Assembly (NCBI GenBank): GCA_963776275.1
Contig: CAVZMI010000020.1
Location: 224,001-288,000 of the forward strand
Length of the DNA stretch: 64,000 nucleotides
Reading direction: 5' to 3'
DNA from: Ignavibacteriota bacterium
GTDB lineage: Bacteria; Bacteroidota; Ignavibacteria; UBA10030; CAVZMI01
In this document: piece after piece, positions 41,364 through 52,460 of the stretch
Layout of the letters: every line of letters begins with the position of its first letter
How positions within the stretch are numbered: position 1 is the first letter of the stretch
The notes under the pieces: generated by a model
What the model saw: the letters and a program-made list of their open reading frames with translations, nothing else
What the model was told of the DNA's origin: nothing
Databases searched by the model: none
Translations under genes and position numbers: made by a program

Positions 41364-42065
41364 ATGAGACTTGCAATTCTATCGGACATACACGGCAACC
41401 TCGAGGCACTCACTGCCGTGGAGCGGCTTCTCCCTTCACTCAATATTGATGAAATTATCTGCCTCGGTGATATTATCGGATATGGTGCGGATCCAAATCC
41501 ATGTATCGAATATATTCGTGCGAATGCAAAAATTGTTGTGCGCGGAAATCACGATGCAGCGATCGTCGATCACTCCATAATCGATTCTTTTACTCAAAGG
41601 GCAGCGGCGGCAGTACGGTGAACCATCGGACAATTAGCACCTGCGAACTTCGAATATCTCGCATCACTTCCTCTTCTTGTAACAGCTCATAATTGTACCT
41701 TTGTCCATTCATCGCCGTTTCAACCTGAAGAATGGGATTACATCGTTCATCCCATTCAAACTCTCGGATTATTCCGGAACTTTTCCACACCGTTATGTTT
41801 TATCGGTCATACGCACATTCCGGTCATCTTCAGTGAGGGCACAATAGCATCATCAATCGACCGTAAGAAGAAATTTTTAGTGAATCCGGGAAGTATCGGG
41901 CAACCCCGTAATGGAGATCCGAGATTATGTTTTGGTATTCTCGATACCGACCAATGGACATTCAATTTCATACGATCGTCATATGATGTTGAGACTGCCG
42001 CAAAGAAGATTATTTCGGTGGGACTTCCGGTTTCTTTGGGTGAACGGCTTTATTTCGGCACATAA
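41364..42065 (+). CDS. Metallophosphoesterase family protein with an in-frame TGA at 41619-41621
   Basis: SDIHGN, LGDIIGYG, GNHD, then in the same frame after TGA: VHSSP, GHTH, NPGSIGQPR. Confidence 0.85.
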
Positions 42066-42116
42066 ATAAAGGCTTCACCAGCTTAGATCGGTCATCGGAA
42101 ACAGGGAGGTACTCCT

Positions 42117-43814
42117 TTATTGGAGCTGTTCCAACGCCTTGAGTTTATCGTTCGCTCGTTGTAAATATTCCTGCGCTGTCTTATGATTGGGATCAATTGC
42201 CAGCACTCTTGTGAACAAGTCGATCGCCGTCTCGTACTCTTCGTTTGAATAAGCATGCTGTCCGTTTTGATAAAGTTCGTCCACGGTATTCCTCAACGAA
42301 GCAAGGCACTGCGCCGCGTACTTTTTTGCTTCGTCATTCATGGGATCTCTTTCCAGCACGAGCTTGAATGCACTGAGTGCGTCCTGCATTTTCCCGAGTG
42401 CAAGCTGTTTTTTCCCCTCTTCGATAAGCTCCCGGAGTGATAATTTCTCTCTGAGTGAACTTAAACGACGACCCATCTGGCTATTTCCCGGATCGATAAT
42501 TGCCGCTTTTTCAAAAGCATTGCGTGCTGTTTCGAGAAGCGATTGACGCATGGCCATCTCACCGGCATGAATGAGCGAATCAACAACGACTGTTCGTTCA
42601 GAATCGATTCTCGCAAGTGCTTTTTGTGCATGCTTATCGGTCGAATCATACTCGAGAACTCTTTGAAACATCGCGTGAGCCTGACGATACTGCCGCTGTC
42701 TCCAGTATCTTTGTCCTGTTTCAAACGTTATGTCAACAAGAGCGTGCAATTTTTCTTCTGCAGCAACAAGTCTGACACGCGATGAATCATGATGCGGATT
42801 GATTGCCAGTGCAGCCCGAAACATCTGAATCGCATCATAATAACGTTCTTTAATGACGAGCAATTGACCGCGTTCATAATACTCCTCGACTTTTACACGG
42901 TAATCGCTCTCTGCTGCTGATCGATATTCACGTGCAGGTGAATAATCCCGATCATACATCAAGGCCAGATTGAACGCCTCAATAGCATCACGATATCGCT
43001 GCTGTCGGTAGAGCTCAACACCTTCGGTGAAATGCACATCGCGCTTTTCGAACCAGGCTGCTCCGAGCCGTGGTGTAAACGTAACGAGGAGTAAGGTATG
43101 ATCCACTGCCGCATCAATATGGATAAACGGAAATATCAATCCGATACCTCCGCTAAAATTTTTCCCGCGGTCGGTCCCCACACGCAGCGATATCCAATCG
43201 AACGGACGGCCTTCAATCCCGAGCTGGAAACTCCTATTTTCGCTATTAGCCGTACAGCTTGCCTGTACTCTCACCCGATCGCTCATGAGCCAGTATGCAG
43301 CGCCGATTCCCCCGAACGGCTCTTTGTGTTCGGAGTCAAACGTTACATTTTGGAGAAATGCTCCGAGAGAAAGACTCCGAATTATCGATTCGGTTGGAGG
43401 CCGGAATAGAAATCCTGCTCCAAATGTCGGAATAAACGTCTGATCACGTTTTTTTGCCCCGGTGGAAAGTCCGAAAGAAACGGATGAGAAAAATTCGTGT
43501 GCAAAACCGAGTGCAATAAGATCTTTATTCCGGTCGCTATCGGTATTTCTGAATCCTCCAAAGGAGATTGTACCGATCGACGGATCGAAATGTGATGCTC
43601 CGAAGAATGTAGTCTGAAAAAGATGGTAATTCGAGATTACACATTCGGTCTGCCGGACATACGAAAGGCATGCCGGATTCGAAAAGAGAGCCCCGACCGA
43701 AGGTTGCCAGGCACTCGATGAACGACCGAGTGCCTCGTCATCAGCGCTCACATGCCTGTACTGTGAGACAACGATTGATGGAAAACATATTAGCAGAAAA
43801 AACCAAGATTTCAC
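42117..43814 (-). CDS. PorV/FadL-like beta-barrel N-terminal domain fused to C-terminal TPR repeats
   Basis: Signal peptide, ALFSNPACLS resembling PorV AMFYNPAGLA, amphipathic beta strands to about aa 250, then repeated TPR units. Confidence 0.7.
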   Translation of the reverse strand: MKSWFFLLICFPSIVVSQYRHVSADDEALGRSSSAWQPSVGALFSNPACLSYVRQTECVISNYHLFQTTFFGASHFDPSIGTISFGGFRNTDSDRNKDLIALGFAHEFFSSVSFGLSTGAKKRDQTFIPTFGAGFLFRPPTESIIRSLSLGAFLQNVTFDSEHKEPFGGIGAAYWLMSDRVRVQASCTANSENRSFQLGIEGRPFDWISLRVGTDRGKNFSGGIGLIFPFIHIDAAVDHTLLLVTFTPRLGAAWFEKRDVHFTEGVELYRQQRYRDAIEAFNLALMYDRDYSPAREYRSAAESDYRVKVEEYYERGQLLVIKERYYDAIQMFRAALAINPHHDSSRVRLVAAEEKLHALVDITFETGQRYWRQRQYRQAHAMFQRVLEYDSTDKHAQKALARIDSERTVVVDSLIHAGEMAMRQSLLETARNAFEKAAIIDPGNSQMGRRLSSLREKLSLRELIEEGKKQLALGKMQDALSAFKLVLERDPMNDEAKKYAAQCLASLRNTVDELYQNGQHAYSNEEYETAIDLFTRVLAIDPNHKTAQEYLQRANDKLKALEQLQ

Positions 43815-45260
43815 TCTGACACCTTCGATTGCACTGAATAGATCACTATCGCGGCCCGCTTTCCTTTAAACCGGACAGTTCCTTCATTCTTGAGCGAGAA
43901 TGATCCATCGAGTCCACGCATAATCGTTTCGGAGACCAGGATTTGATTCGGCTCGGCAAGATCGCATAATCGCGAGGCGATGTTGACGGCATCGCCAATG
44001 GCTGTAAAGTCCATTCGCGATCGGGAGCCGATATTTCCCATAACAGTCGGAACCGGCATCAACTCCGATTCCGACTTCCATGGTGACTTCTTTATTCAAC
44101 CGCCGCTGATGATTCATTTCTCGCAAACATTCCTGGATTGCTATCGCGCTCCTGACGGCATCTGTCATCATCGAAGGTCCTGTAAAGATTGCCATAACAC
44201 CATCTCCCATAAACTTATCGACCGAGCCGTTCCATGCGGTAATGACGTTCATTTGCGCGTCAAGATAGGTGTTGATCAGCGAGACAACTTCTTCGGGAGA
44301 CATGGTGTCAGCCAGACGGGTAAAATTACGGATGTCGGTAAAAACGATCGCAATGGTCTTTCGTTCTCCACCCAACGTCACAATTTGGTGTTGTTGAATC
44401 ATCGTCATGGCATGTTTCGATACGAATTTCTGGAGCATCGCTCGCTCTCTCAGCTGTTCGACCATCTTGTTAAATTCCCGTGTAAGGGCTCCAAGTTCGT
44501 CCTTGATCCTTGTAAAAATTCGTACATGGTAGTCACCTTCACCCACACGTCTGGCTCCCTCGGATAATTCGAGGATAATCTGGAGAATCATTCCGGACAG
44601 GAAGAATACGATTGTAATTGCTACTGCACACACGCCGAAAGCAGCCAGAATAATTGTCTGTTCGATGACACCGAGCGGACGATACAGAACCTCCTTTGAG
44701 AAGCTCACTACAGCCGTTCCAACACGAATGGTCCGTGTTCCTTCTTTCGTCACATGGTGGACGTAGATCGGACGAATGTATTCAAGCTCATCTGGTGTTT
44801 CGCGAGAGGTCAATTCCGTTACTGTTTCAATCCGGGTAAATTCTTCATTGGAAAGTCGTTTTGCTGCAAGAGCCAGATTCGAATGCGCCACAATGACGCC
44901 GTTCCGATCGACGATCATGATGTTTCCAACTCCCTCGACGTTCATCCTATGTACCCCGTTGACGGTTTCCTGAATCGATACTTCGGCATGAAGAAGAAGA
45001 TAATCGCGTGATGCATTTGCTAAATGTTCCGTCGTCAAACGGGCGAGTGACTCGACATTTGCCCGGATTTCTTTCCTTTGCTGGGAAATAATAATCGTAC
45101 TGAGAACCGCCGCAACAAGGATCACCGTGATTGCTATGATGAGGCTTAACTTGATACGGATCCGCATTCGCAGAACATACTCAACGAGAATCCTCCAGAA
45201 CGAGAGAAGGATGATGTATGCTCGCTTCATCAACCCGGTAAAAAATGAATATTGTGTCAT
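43811..45260 (-). CDS. Membrane adenylate/guanylate cyclase (class III) with HAMP domain, frameshift near 44060
   Basis: Two TMs, DELGALTREFNKM, FTDIRNFT, DKFMGDGVMA, then DFTAIGDAVNIASRL in the shifted frame. Confidence 0.92.
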
Positions 45261-45357
45261 ACAATAAAAATATCAGTGAGTTGTAAAATCTACGAAGTTG
45301 TACTGAGAAATACAACAACAGTGAGAGAAGTAAAAAAGATGTTTTCCTGCGTGATTG

Positions 45358-46251
45358 TTATCGCGGATCGGGGTCGAGTTGATCCTGTAACGTTGTAAGC
45401 ATTTCATTTCGCGGGAGTGTCGATACGGCAGAGCAGAGAATCCCCCGCTCTTCCCATACGACTGTACAGCAATGATGGGGAGGCGACGTGATTGAATCCA
45501 TAAAAATATCCTTTTTCGCCAACGCATTCCGAATTTCACGACGCGCACAGAGTCCGGAACTACTCCCTACATCTTTTATCCAGGCCTGATACACATAAAT
45601 AATTCGATCACCGCTTTTATACATAACGTGAGCGAGTTTTGCACCCTTATATTCTGAATAGACGGCACCGATAAGTTCCGCATTTCTCAATTTGTGAACA
45701 TCGACATCGAAATTCACTTTATCCCGGAAGAATGCTTTTACAGCCGTTGGTTCACTCGATACCAATTGAACAGCCATCTTTCCATTCTGTATATCATGGA
45801 AATTATCGAGTGCCTGATGAAGAACTTCGCTATCCTCATCCGCGATACCCTCAAGTGTTGATTGACTATTCCTCGACCCGAATGGATGGAAAATAAGTGC
45901 CGCACCCACGATGATCATGATAATCATCGCCATTCCGGCTGCTGGCATTAGATGGCGGTTGGAAAAAAGAGAAAAGAACGATTGAATAGCCTGTCCCAGC
46001 CACTGGACGCGGGGAACCGATGACCGGGATTCTGCCTTTATTTTTTCAAGAATTGCAGCGCGAACTGTTGGGGGCGTTTCAACAAACTGCAGCCGTGTTT
46101 GCGTAATCTGCTTTGTAGCACGTTCTAGGTCATATTCACTGGCACAGCGAACACAATGGCGAATATGCTGAATAAATTCTGATTGTACAGCACGATCAAG
46201 GCTTTGATCAACCGCCGCCGTAATATATTCCTGCATTTCTTTGCAGTCCAC
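45358..46251 (-). CDS. Zinc-finger (ZAS) transmembrane anti-sigma factor
   Basis: MDC...HIRHCVRC (HxxxCxxC), single TM, extracytoplasmic domain; follows the ECF sigma gene. Confidence 0.88.
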   Translation of the reverse strand: MDCKEMQEYITAAVDQSLDRAVQSEFIQHIRHCVRCASEYDLERATKQITQTRLQFVETPPTVRAAILEKIKAESRSSVPRVQWLGQAIQSFFSLFSNRHLMPAAGMAMIIMIIVGAALIFHPFGSRNSQSTLEGIADEDSEVLHQALDNFHDIQNGKMAVQLVSSEPTAVKAFFRDKVNFDVDVHKLRNAELIGAVYSEYKGAKLAHVMYKSGDRIIYVYQAWIKDVGSSSGLCARREIRNALAKKDIFMDSITSPPHHCCTVVWEERGILCSAVSTLPRNEMLTTLQDQLDPDPR

Positions 46252-46282
46252 GGTATCCTCTCAAATTAAAATTGTTTTTTCT

Positions 46283-46867
46283 TCAATCTGGATGGATATA
46301 ACCTTTTTCCCGTGCATACTCGTATAATTTATCCCGCATTAATCGCCGTCCCCGATGGATTCGTGAGCGGACTGTACCAACGGGACACTCAACAAACTCT
46401 GCAATCTCCTCATAAGTAAATCCCTCGATGTCGCAAAGGATGATCACTGTTCGGAAATCATCTGGAAGAGACTCCAGAGCTCGAGCAACATCATCCTCGA
46501 GCAGGTTACCGAATAACTTCTCCTGTAAATCATTCGGATCAGTGGATCGATCTCGAATTGTCTGATAAAAATTCTGAACGTCTTCATAATCAACCGTATC
46601 GGGCTCTTTGGTTGCTTTCCGATAGAGGTTGATATATGAATTCTTCATAATCCTGAACAGCCAGGCACGGATATTCGTTCCCTTTTCATACTTGTCCCAG
46701 AAGCGATATGCTTTGAGATATGTATCCTGCAGAAGATCGTCCGCATCGTTTGGATCTCCAGTCATACGGAGTGCATAATTATATAATGCATCCATATGAG
46801 GAACCGCCTCACTCTGGAATTCTTCATCCCGCCCGGGAATTTTCTTTTTGGCTATTTCAGAGGACAT
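46283..46867 (-). CDS. ECF RNA polymerase sigma factor (SigR/SigH-like)
   Basis: LYNYALRMT, DADDLLQDTYLKAY, GTNIRAWLFRIMKNSYIN, YEEIAE..GTVRSRIHRGR. Confidence 0.95.
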   Translation of the reverse strand: MSSEIAKKKIPGRDEEFQSEAVPHMDALYNYALRMTGDPNDADDLLQDTYLKAYRFWDKYEKGTNIRAWLFRIMKNSYINLYRKATKEPDTVDYEDVQNFYQTIRDRSTDPNDLQEKLFGNLLEDDVARALESLPDDFRTVIILCDIEGFTYEEIAEFVECPVGTVRSRIHRGRRLMRDKLYEYAREKGYIHPD

Positions 46868-46922
46868 GGACCGACTTGTTAATGCGTTTTATGTCACCAG
46901 GTATGTCGGTCGTTTTTAGTAT

Positions 46923-46948
46923 AACAAGCGCCATAGAGTTCTGGTTCC
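46923..46948 (-). promoter_or_regulatory. Putative autoregulatory ECF promoter
   Basis: GGAAC-N18-GTT on the minus strand upstream of the sigma gene, matching the SigR/SigH-type consensus. Confidence 0.65.
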
Positions 46949-47102
46949 TTTTGATTATTGTCAAAAAGTATAAAAAATTCCGGCTTCATGTGCAAGTCTA
47001 ATTAAAAAATGCTTATCTTAATTAAACCTTTGAGTCACCTTCAGATTCAAACATTCATAATAATAGTCCACTCTACCCGGTACCAGTAGAAAGAAAAAAA
47101 CC

Positions 47103-47450
47103 ATGAAAACATTCATTACAGCCCTGTTTTTGTCAGTGACAATTATCGCCTTTCAACAGCCGGTGTTGGCACAGGAAGGCAAAAAACTTGAAAAAAAGGG
47201 GGAACTCATCGAGCGCAAGAGTGAGATAAAAGAACGAAGGGGTGAACGGATGGAACGCCGTGGGGAACGTCTGGAGCGCAAAGGCGAGCGACTTGAACGT
47301 CATGGACATCCGGTGAAAGGAAAGGCGCTTGAAAAATCCGGTGAAAAAATCGAACGAAAAGGAGAAATTAAGGAACACCGAGGTGTAAGGATGGAACGAC
47401 GCGGCGAGAGAATAGAAAAAACAGGAAAAAATATCGAGAAGCAAAAATAG
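47103..47450 (+). CDS. Small secreted, highly charged heptad-repeat protein
   Basis: Signal peptide (VLA-Q) then [KR]GE[RK][LMI]E[RK] 7-aa repeats in two blocks. Confidence 0.8.
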   Translation: MKTFITALFLSVTIIAFQQPVLAQEGKKLEKKGELIERKSEIKERRGERMERRGERLERKGERLERHGHPVKGKALEKSGEKIERKGEIKEHRGVRMERRGERIEKTGKNIEKQK

Positions 47451-47473
47451 GACAGTCTGTTTATCAATCTTTC

Positions 47474-47512
47474 AAGAAAAACACAAAGTGAAAATTGCTT
47501 TGTGTTTTTCTT
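47474..47512. terminator. Bidirectional terminator between convergent genes
   Basis: 15-bp perfect inverted repeat AAGAAAAACACAAAG/CTTTGTGTTTTTCTT. Confidence 0.8.
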
Positions 47513-50500
47513 TTATTGAATTTTCTGTAATTCTTCAAAATATCTCTTGATCAACTCCTGATATTCCTTTGCATAACCCTGTTCAAGCGCCTTGCGTAAA
47601 TCCTGCATCAACCTGGAGGTACCTGCGACGGTCGACTGGTCAAGCTCGGATGGTGAAATTTGTTGATATTCCTTTCCGGTTTCAGCACGTCTGCGTTTTT
47701 CATAATCGCGCTCTCGCATTGATCGCTGTGCATCAAGAAGCCGGGATAAAATTTTCTCCTGACGCTGAAGCGTTGCCGGGTTGATATCATGCTGCTCAAG
47801 ATCGCGGACGACCTCCTTCATTTCTTCCGCAATTTTATCGAGATCCCCCAATAGTTTTTGCCGCTCCGATGATTGCTGAGCCTCGTTGCTTAATTGTTCA
47901 AGCGATTTCTGAATCGTGGCCTGCTCGGCCGCAAGACGTGCCACCTGGGCAGCCTGTTCCAATGTCATACCTTCCTGCGAACTCAAATCCTGAGTCTGTA
48001 AGTTGATTCCCTGTTGTTGCGCTGCCATTCGCCCGAGCTGCTGTAATAGCGAACTGAGTCCTCCCTCTCCTCCCTGCATTGCATTGTCCATTGCCTGTTG
48101 TATCTGCCGGGTCGCATCATTGAGAGCTGTCATCGCATCGTGCTGACGATCGGCAGCTTCCTGACCGTTACGTTCTTCAAGTGATTGTATTGCACCTGTC
48201 ATTTTTCCGAATGCCTGTCCGATTGCTTTTCCCATTTTTGGTGTTACGGCAAATGTCTTTTGCGACATTTTCCCGAGAGTATTTGCAAGTTTGCCGAGAT
48301 CTTCAACAATCTGTTCTTGCGACTGTGCATTCTCGCGGAATCGTTGTGATGATGGATCGAGTGCACGCGATTCATTCTTCAGATCTTCTTCCTTAGCCGA
48401 CATCTCAAGCAGTTCCTGCATCATTTTCTGGAATTCGGCCAGCAGCTGCTGCTGCCTCCTCTGCTGCATTATGTCTTTTGTATGCTGCATCTGTTTCCCG
48501 AACTGGTTCAAGGCACTCTGCACGCGCTGTTGCTGCTCTCGAGCCTGCCGGGGTTCACCCTGCTGTAACTGCTGACAGGCGGCCTCCATTGCTTCGTCGA
48601 CTTTTTGTTGTTCGATGAATTCGGTAGCCTGGGCATATTCACGGAGAGGCATTTCGTCGGGAAATTCTTCCATACGTTTTTGCAGATCGGACAACTGCTG
48701 CTGAAGTTTTTTGTAATCTTCCTCGGCTCCCTTTTGCTTTTCCGCAAGCTGCTGAAGTGCTTCGGTATCCCGCGGAGGCGTTTTTGCAGATTGATTTTTC
48801 ATCTCGGCTTGTCGTTGTTCCAGTTCCGCCGTTCGTCGAATTACTTCATCGAACTTTTGTTCTATCTGGATACGCTTCAATAAACTCATCGTCCGTTCAA
48901 TACTCTGTCTGAAATTTTCCTCACTGAACGTAAGCTGTTCCATAGCCCGTCTGATTTGATCGGGCGAGAGCTGTTTCATTGCTTCCTGCATTCTTCGCAG
49001 TGCGGCATTCAACTCGGGGGAATCGATCTGCTGGAGTAGTTGTTGAAGCTCGAGATATTTTTCAAGTGTTTCCTGCGAGAGAATATTTTTATTCTGCATC
49101 CCCTGAAATAGTGTGTCCAGACGTTGCGACGTATTCTGGATGTTTTTCCGAAGTTCCTCATACCGCTTCAGTGTTTCCTCGATCTTCTTCTGCTGTTGCC
49201 AGTCAAGCTGCTGATTTTTTCTCATCTGCTGGGTAATATCATTCAGATTCTTTCGCAGCTCATCGGCCTGTTTGAGGTTTTCCTGCAGGCTCCTCGAGTG
49301 ACTCTGAATGCTGTTTATCGGCATCAGAAAAAATCTCGTCAAGCGATGGATATCGGAGAGTATATTCTCTGGTGCGCGCTATTTTCGGACCGCTGACCGC
49401 ATCATTGTCGTATACCTCGGCATAATACGTTATGACATCTTCCGACGCAAGACGAAGGGACGAGAGATCCCAGAGAAACGGCACTGCAAGATCGATTCCT
49501 TTTTCATTACCCTGTTTGGCTGGAAGTGGAATATCGATTGCTGAAAATGTCTCCTCAGGTTTTTCATATTTTGATTGCGACAGGCGATATCGCACTTGAA
49601 GTTTTGAAAAGCCGTAATCATCATGAAGATTCATCAACAACGCAACCTGCATATTATCACTCAGGTCGATATTCCGGCCGGGAATCGTGATGGCCACCGT
49701 CGGCGGCTCATCCGGCATCGAGCGAATCATATAGGAAATCGGATCGACGTTAACTATTCCTTTTTCATCTTCCAATTCACAATGATATCGTAAATCCTTT
49801 TTTACGGTGAACGATCCTGTAACGGCCGTTCCCCGGGGAAAAAGTTCATGCCGGGAATTATCGGAAAATCCAATGAATGCCCGGACAATTTCTTTATTCG
49901 CCGATAGATTCAGTGTCGCCCGCGTTCCACGCAGTGCCGATATGTCTCCTATATTGTCATCCAGAATTTGATCCGGAATTCCGGTATATGCCGGTGGATG
50001 AAGCCGGACCTTGAGGGCTTTTATTACCGGTCGATCGACAACGGTAATTGTGTATATTTCACTTTTTATTTCATCTTTCTGTGCATAATATTCAAAACTG
50101 TTTTTCAGAATCGGACTATGCCAGAGAAATTTCCCGCTTGAATCATGATGGAGTGCAATTCGTTCCACCAGAGTTTGCCCTTCGGTCCGCGTATACAGTT
50201 CAAGGTTCTTCTGCTGCTCACCCCGGAGTCGCACGACAATATTCACCGATTCCCCCTTTACAATTTCTTTATTCCCCGGTAATATCTCGAATGCAAACGG
50301 GAGGGGCGCGGCAAACGACTCCGAAAAGTGCAGTAATCGATAGGATGTATCCCGAAGTGTCACTGGAAGAATGAGACAGAAGAGAACGAAAACGACAACA
50401 ACACCGGTCGCATATTTCGTCAAACGAAACGGGATTGAATAGTCCATGACACGAGAGATATCAACCGATTGTAATTCTTTCTCCAGGTCATTGAGAACCG

Positions 50501-50915
50501 CATCGATCAGCAGCGAAGAATACCGTGCAGGGTGCTGCCGCTGTTCTTCCAGAATTTCAAGTGCATTCCGGAAATGATCCTTGATCAGTGGATATTTCTT
50601 CCCGACTTTTTCAGCGAGGGTGAGATCGTCGCTACTTTTCATGATCCCGATCCGTCGAAGAAGAGGATCGATGAAATATCGTCCGAATGCACCCAGCATT
50701 CCTCCTGTGAAGAGCAGCATTATCACCGTCCGAACGATTGGCGGTGTATGAACAAACGATTCGATGAGAACGAGGAGTAGCCAGGCGCCAACAATGATCA
50801 GCACAAAACGGAGTATTCCCTCAGCCTGACGAATTACGTTTTCTTTCCGGCGGAGCTCATTGAGTTTAGACCGGAGCTTTTGCTCCACAGGTTTTTGACC
50901 GAAGGCATCGTACAT
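47513..50915 (-). CDS. DUF4175-family membrane protein with long Q-rich coiled coil, frameshift near 49300
   Basis: N-terminal TMs, DEPPTV, DDYGFSKL, VYDNDAVSGPK, then coiled coil ending RQEKILSRLL..RERD..YFE. Confidence 0.85.
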
Positions 50916-51607
50916 TATTTCGTTAACGCCCATACGACGATATTTGTTCCGAATTGAAGCGCTTCGAGCCGTTTCTCCGGAGGATCTTTGTGAACCTCAG
51001 GATCGGCCCATCCATCACTTGGATTTGATTCATAAGTATAGAGAACGACAAGCCGTCCATTGAGAAATATTCCAAATGCCTGAGGTGGTTTTCCGTCATG
51101 CTCATGAGTCTTCGGAACACCTCTTGGAAATTCGTAATGGACATGAAACAAACCATACGAAAAGGGCAACTCGACAAGTGGAAGATCGGAAAAAACCTTT
51201 TTTATTTCCCTTCTAAATGCTTTATCAAGACCATAATCGTCATCGGCATAAAGGAACCCGCCGGCCTCGAGATATTCCCGCAAACGTTTGACTTCATATT
51301 CACTGAATACTGCGTTCCCATGTCCTGTCATGAACAGAATAGGAAAAGAAAACAGCTTTTCATCCGATAGCTCGACAAAGGTGTACTCGGGATCAACGTC
51401 GATTCCTGTGTTCTGGTGGACAAAATTCAAGAGGTTTACTTCCTCCGAGGGATCATTGTACCAGTCCCCGCCACCACTGTATTTCAGACGTGCAATACGG
51501 ACCTGGCTTGGAAACTTATCTGATTTCATCGGAAGGGGTTTCTCCTGTGCCAGGGATGCACTTATCCCATAGAAAAATACGAAACCTATGATAATAAGGC
51601 GTTTCAT
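50915..51607 (-). CDS. DUF4159 domain protein
   Basis: ARLKYSGGGDWYNDP, FMTGHG, GGFLYADDDYG, PKTHEHDG, DGW. Confidence 0.9.
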   Translation of the reverse strand: MKRLIIIGFVFFYGISASLAQEKPLPMKSDKFPSQVRIARLKYSGGGDWYNDPSEEVNLLNFVHQNTGIDVDPEYTFVELSDEKLFSFPILFMTGHGNAVFSEYEVKRLREYLEAGGFLYADDDYGLDKAFRREIKKVFSDLPLVELPFSYGLFHVHYEFPRGVPKTHEHDGKPPQAFGIFLNGRLVVLYTYESNPSDGWADPEVHKDPPEKRLEALQFGTNIVVWALTK

Positions 51608-51700
51608 CCAGAGTAATGTAGAAAGACCATATCAAAAATCCAAATGTTTCCCGTTTGCACAGTGTAATTATTTCAGGTATATTGTCGTCCAATATGGAAG

Positions 51701-52321
51701 ATGAAATATCTTCTTCTTACGTCCTCAAGGACATACAAAATGGAAATGCAGCTTCATCCTCTAGTTTCTCGCTTGGGCCGATGGCTTGAACAAAGATCAA
51801 AACCGACTTTAACTCTCCTTACCATCCTGATTCTTGTATTGATAGGAACCGGAGATTATTACACCGGTGTTGAATATACCTTCTTGCTTTTTTATTTCAT
51901 TCCTGTCGCATTGGGAAGCTGGTTTGTCAGCCGTAGAACCGGATATTTTGCCGCACTGTCAGCGGCAATTGTTTGGACCATTGTCGATTATTTCGGCCGG
52001 GTTTCTCTTACATTCTGGCTGGCTACGTGGAATATCATCATTCAGTTCATTCTTTTTATTGTATTTGCATATGTTATCTCCAAGATTAAGGAGATGATAA
52101 GTGAATACCGGCGAGTCAATATCGAACTCCAGCAAGCACTTGCCGAAGTTAAACGATTAAGCGGATTTCTCCCGGTCTGTTCCTGGTGCAAGCGTATTCG
52201 TGATGAGCATGGACAATGGCATCAAATGGAGGTATATATTTCCCAACATTCCGAGGCCGATTTCAGCCACGGCATTTGCCCTGACTGTGCTAAGAAGAAA
52301 TTCGATAAAAATATTTTGTAA
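51701..52321 (+). CDS. Membrane sensor-like protein with C-terminal Cys-rich (CxxC...HxxCxxC) domain
   Basis: About four TMs, short coiled coil, LPVCSWCKRIRDEHGQW...FSHGICPDC. Confidence 0.8.
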   Translation: MKYLLLTSSRTYKMEMQLHPLVSRLGRWLEQRSKPTLTLLTILILVLIGTGDYYTGVEYTFLLFYFIPVALGSWFVSRRTGYFAALSAAIVWTIVDYFGRVSLTFWLATWNIIIQFILFIVFAYVISKIKEMISEYRRVNIELQQALAEVKRLSGFLPVCSWCKRIRDEHGQWHQMEVYISQHSEADFSHGICPDCAKKKFDKNIL

Positions 52322-52460
52322 CGATTTTTTACTTCTCCCACTGTTTCATTTTCAGATTACCATATCCATTTTTACCGAAAATTTTTTATACTAACCCTAC
52401 CACAGGTAGTAGGTTTCTTTTTTATTTTTAAAAAAGATACTTTTTTTAGGTTTTCACTAC

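Noticed and set aside
41619-41621. Selenocysteine or genetic code 4/25 explanation for the in-frame TGA
   Set aside because: The aligned residue is expected to be Trp, not Cys; TGA is a normal stop for other genes here (gmk, EEP gene) and Trp is encoded by TGG
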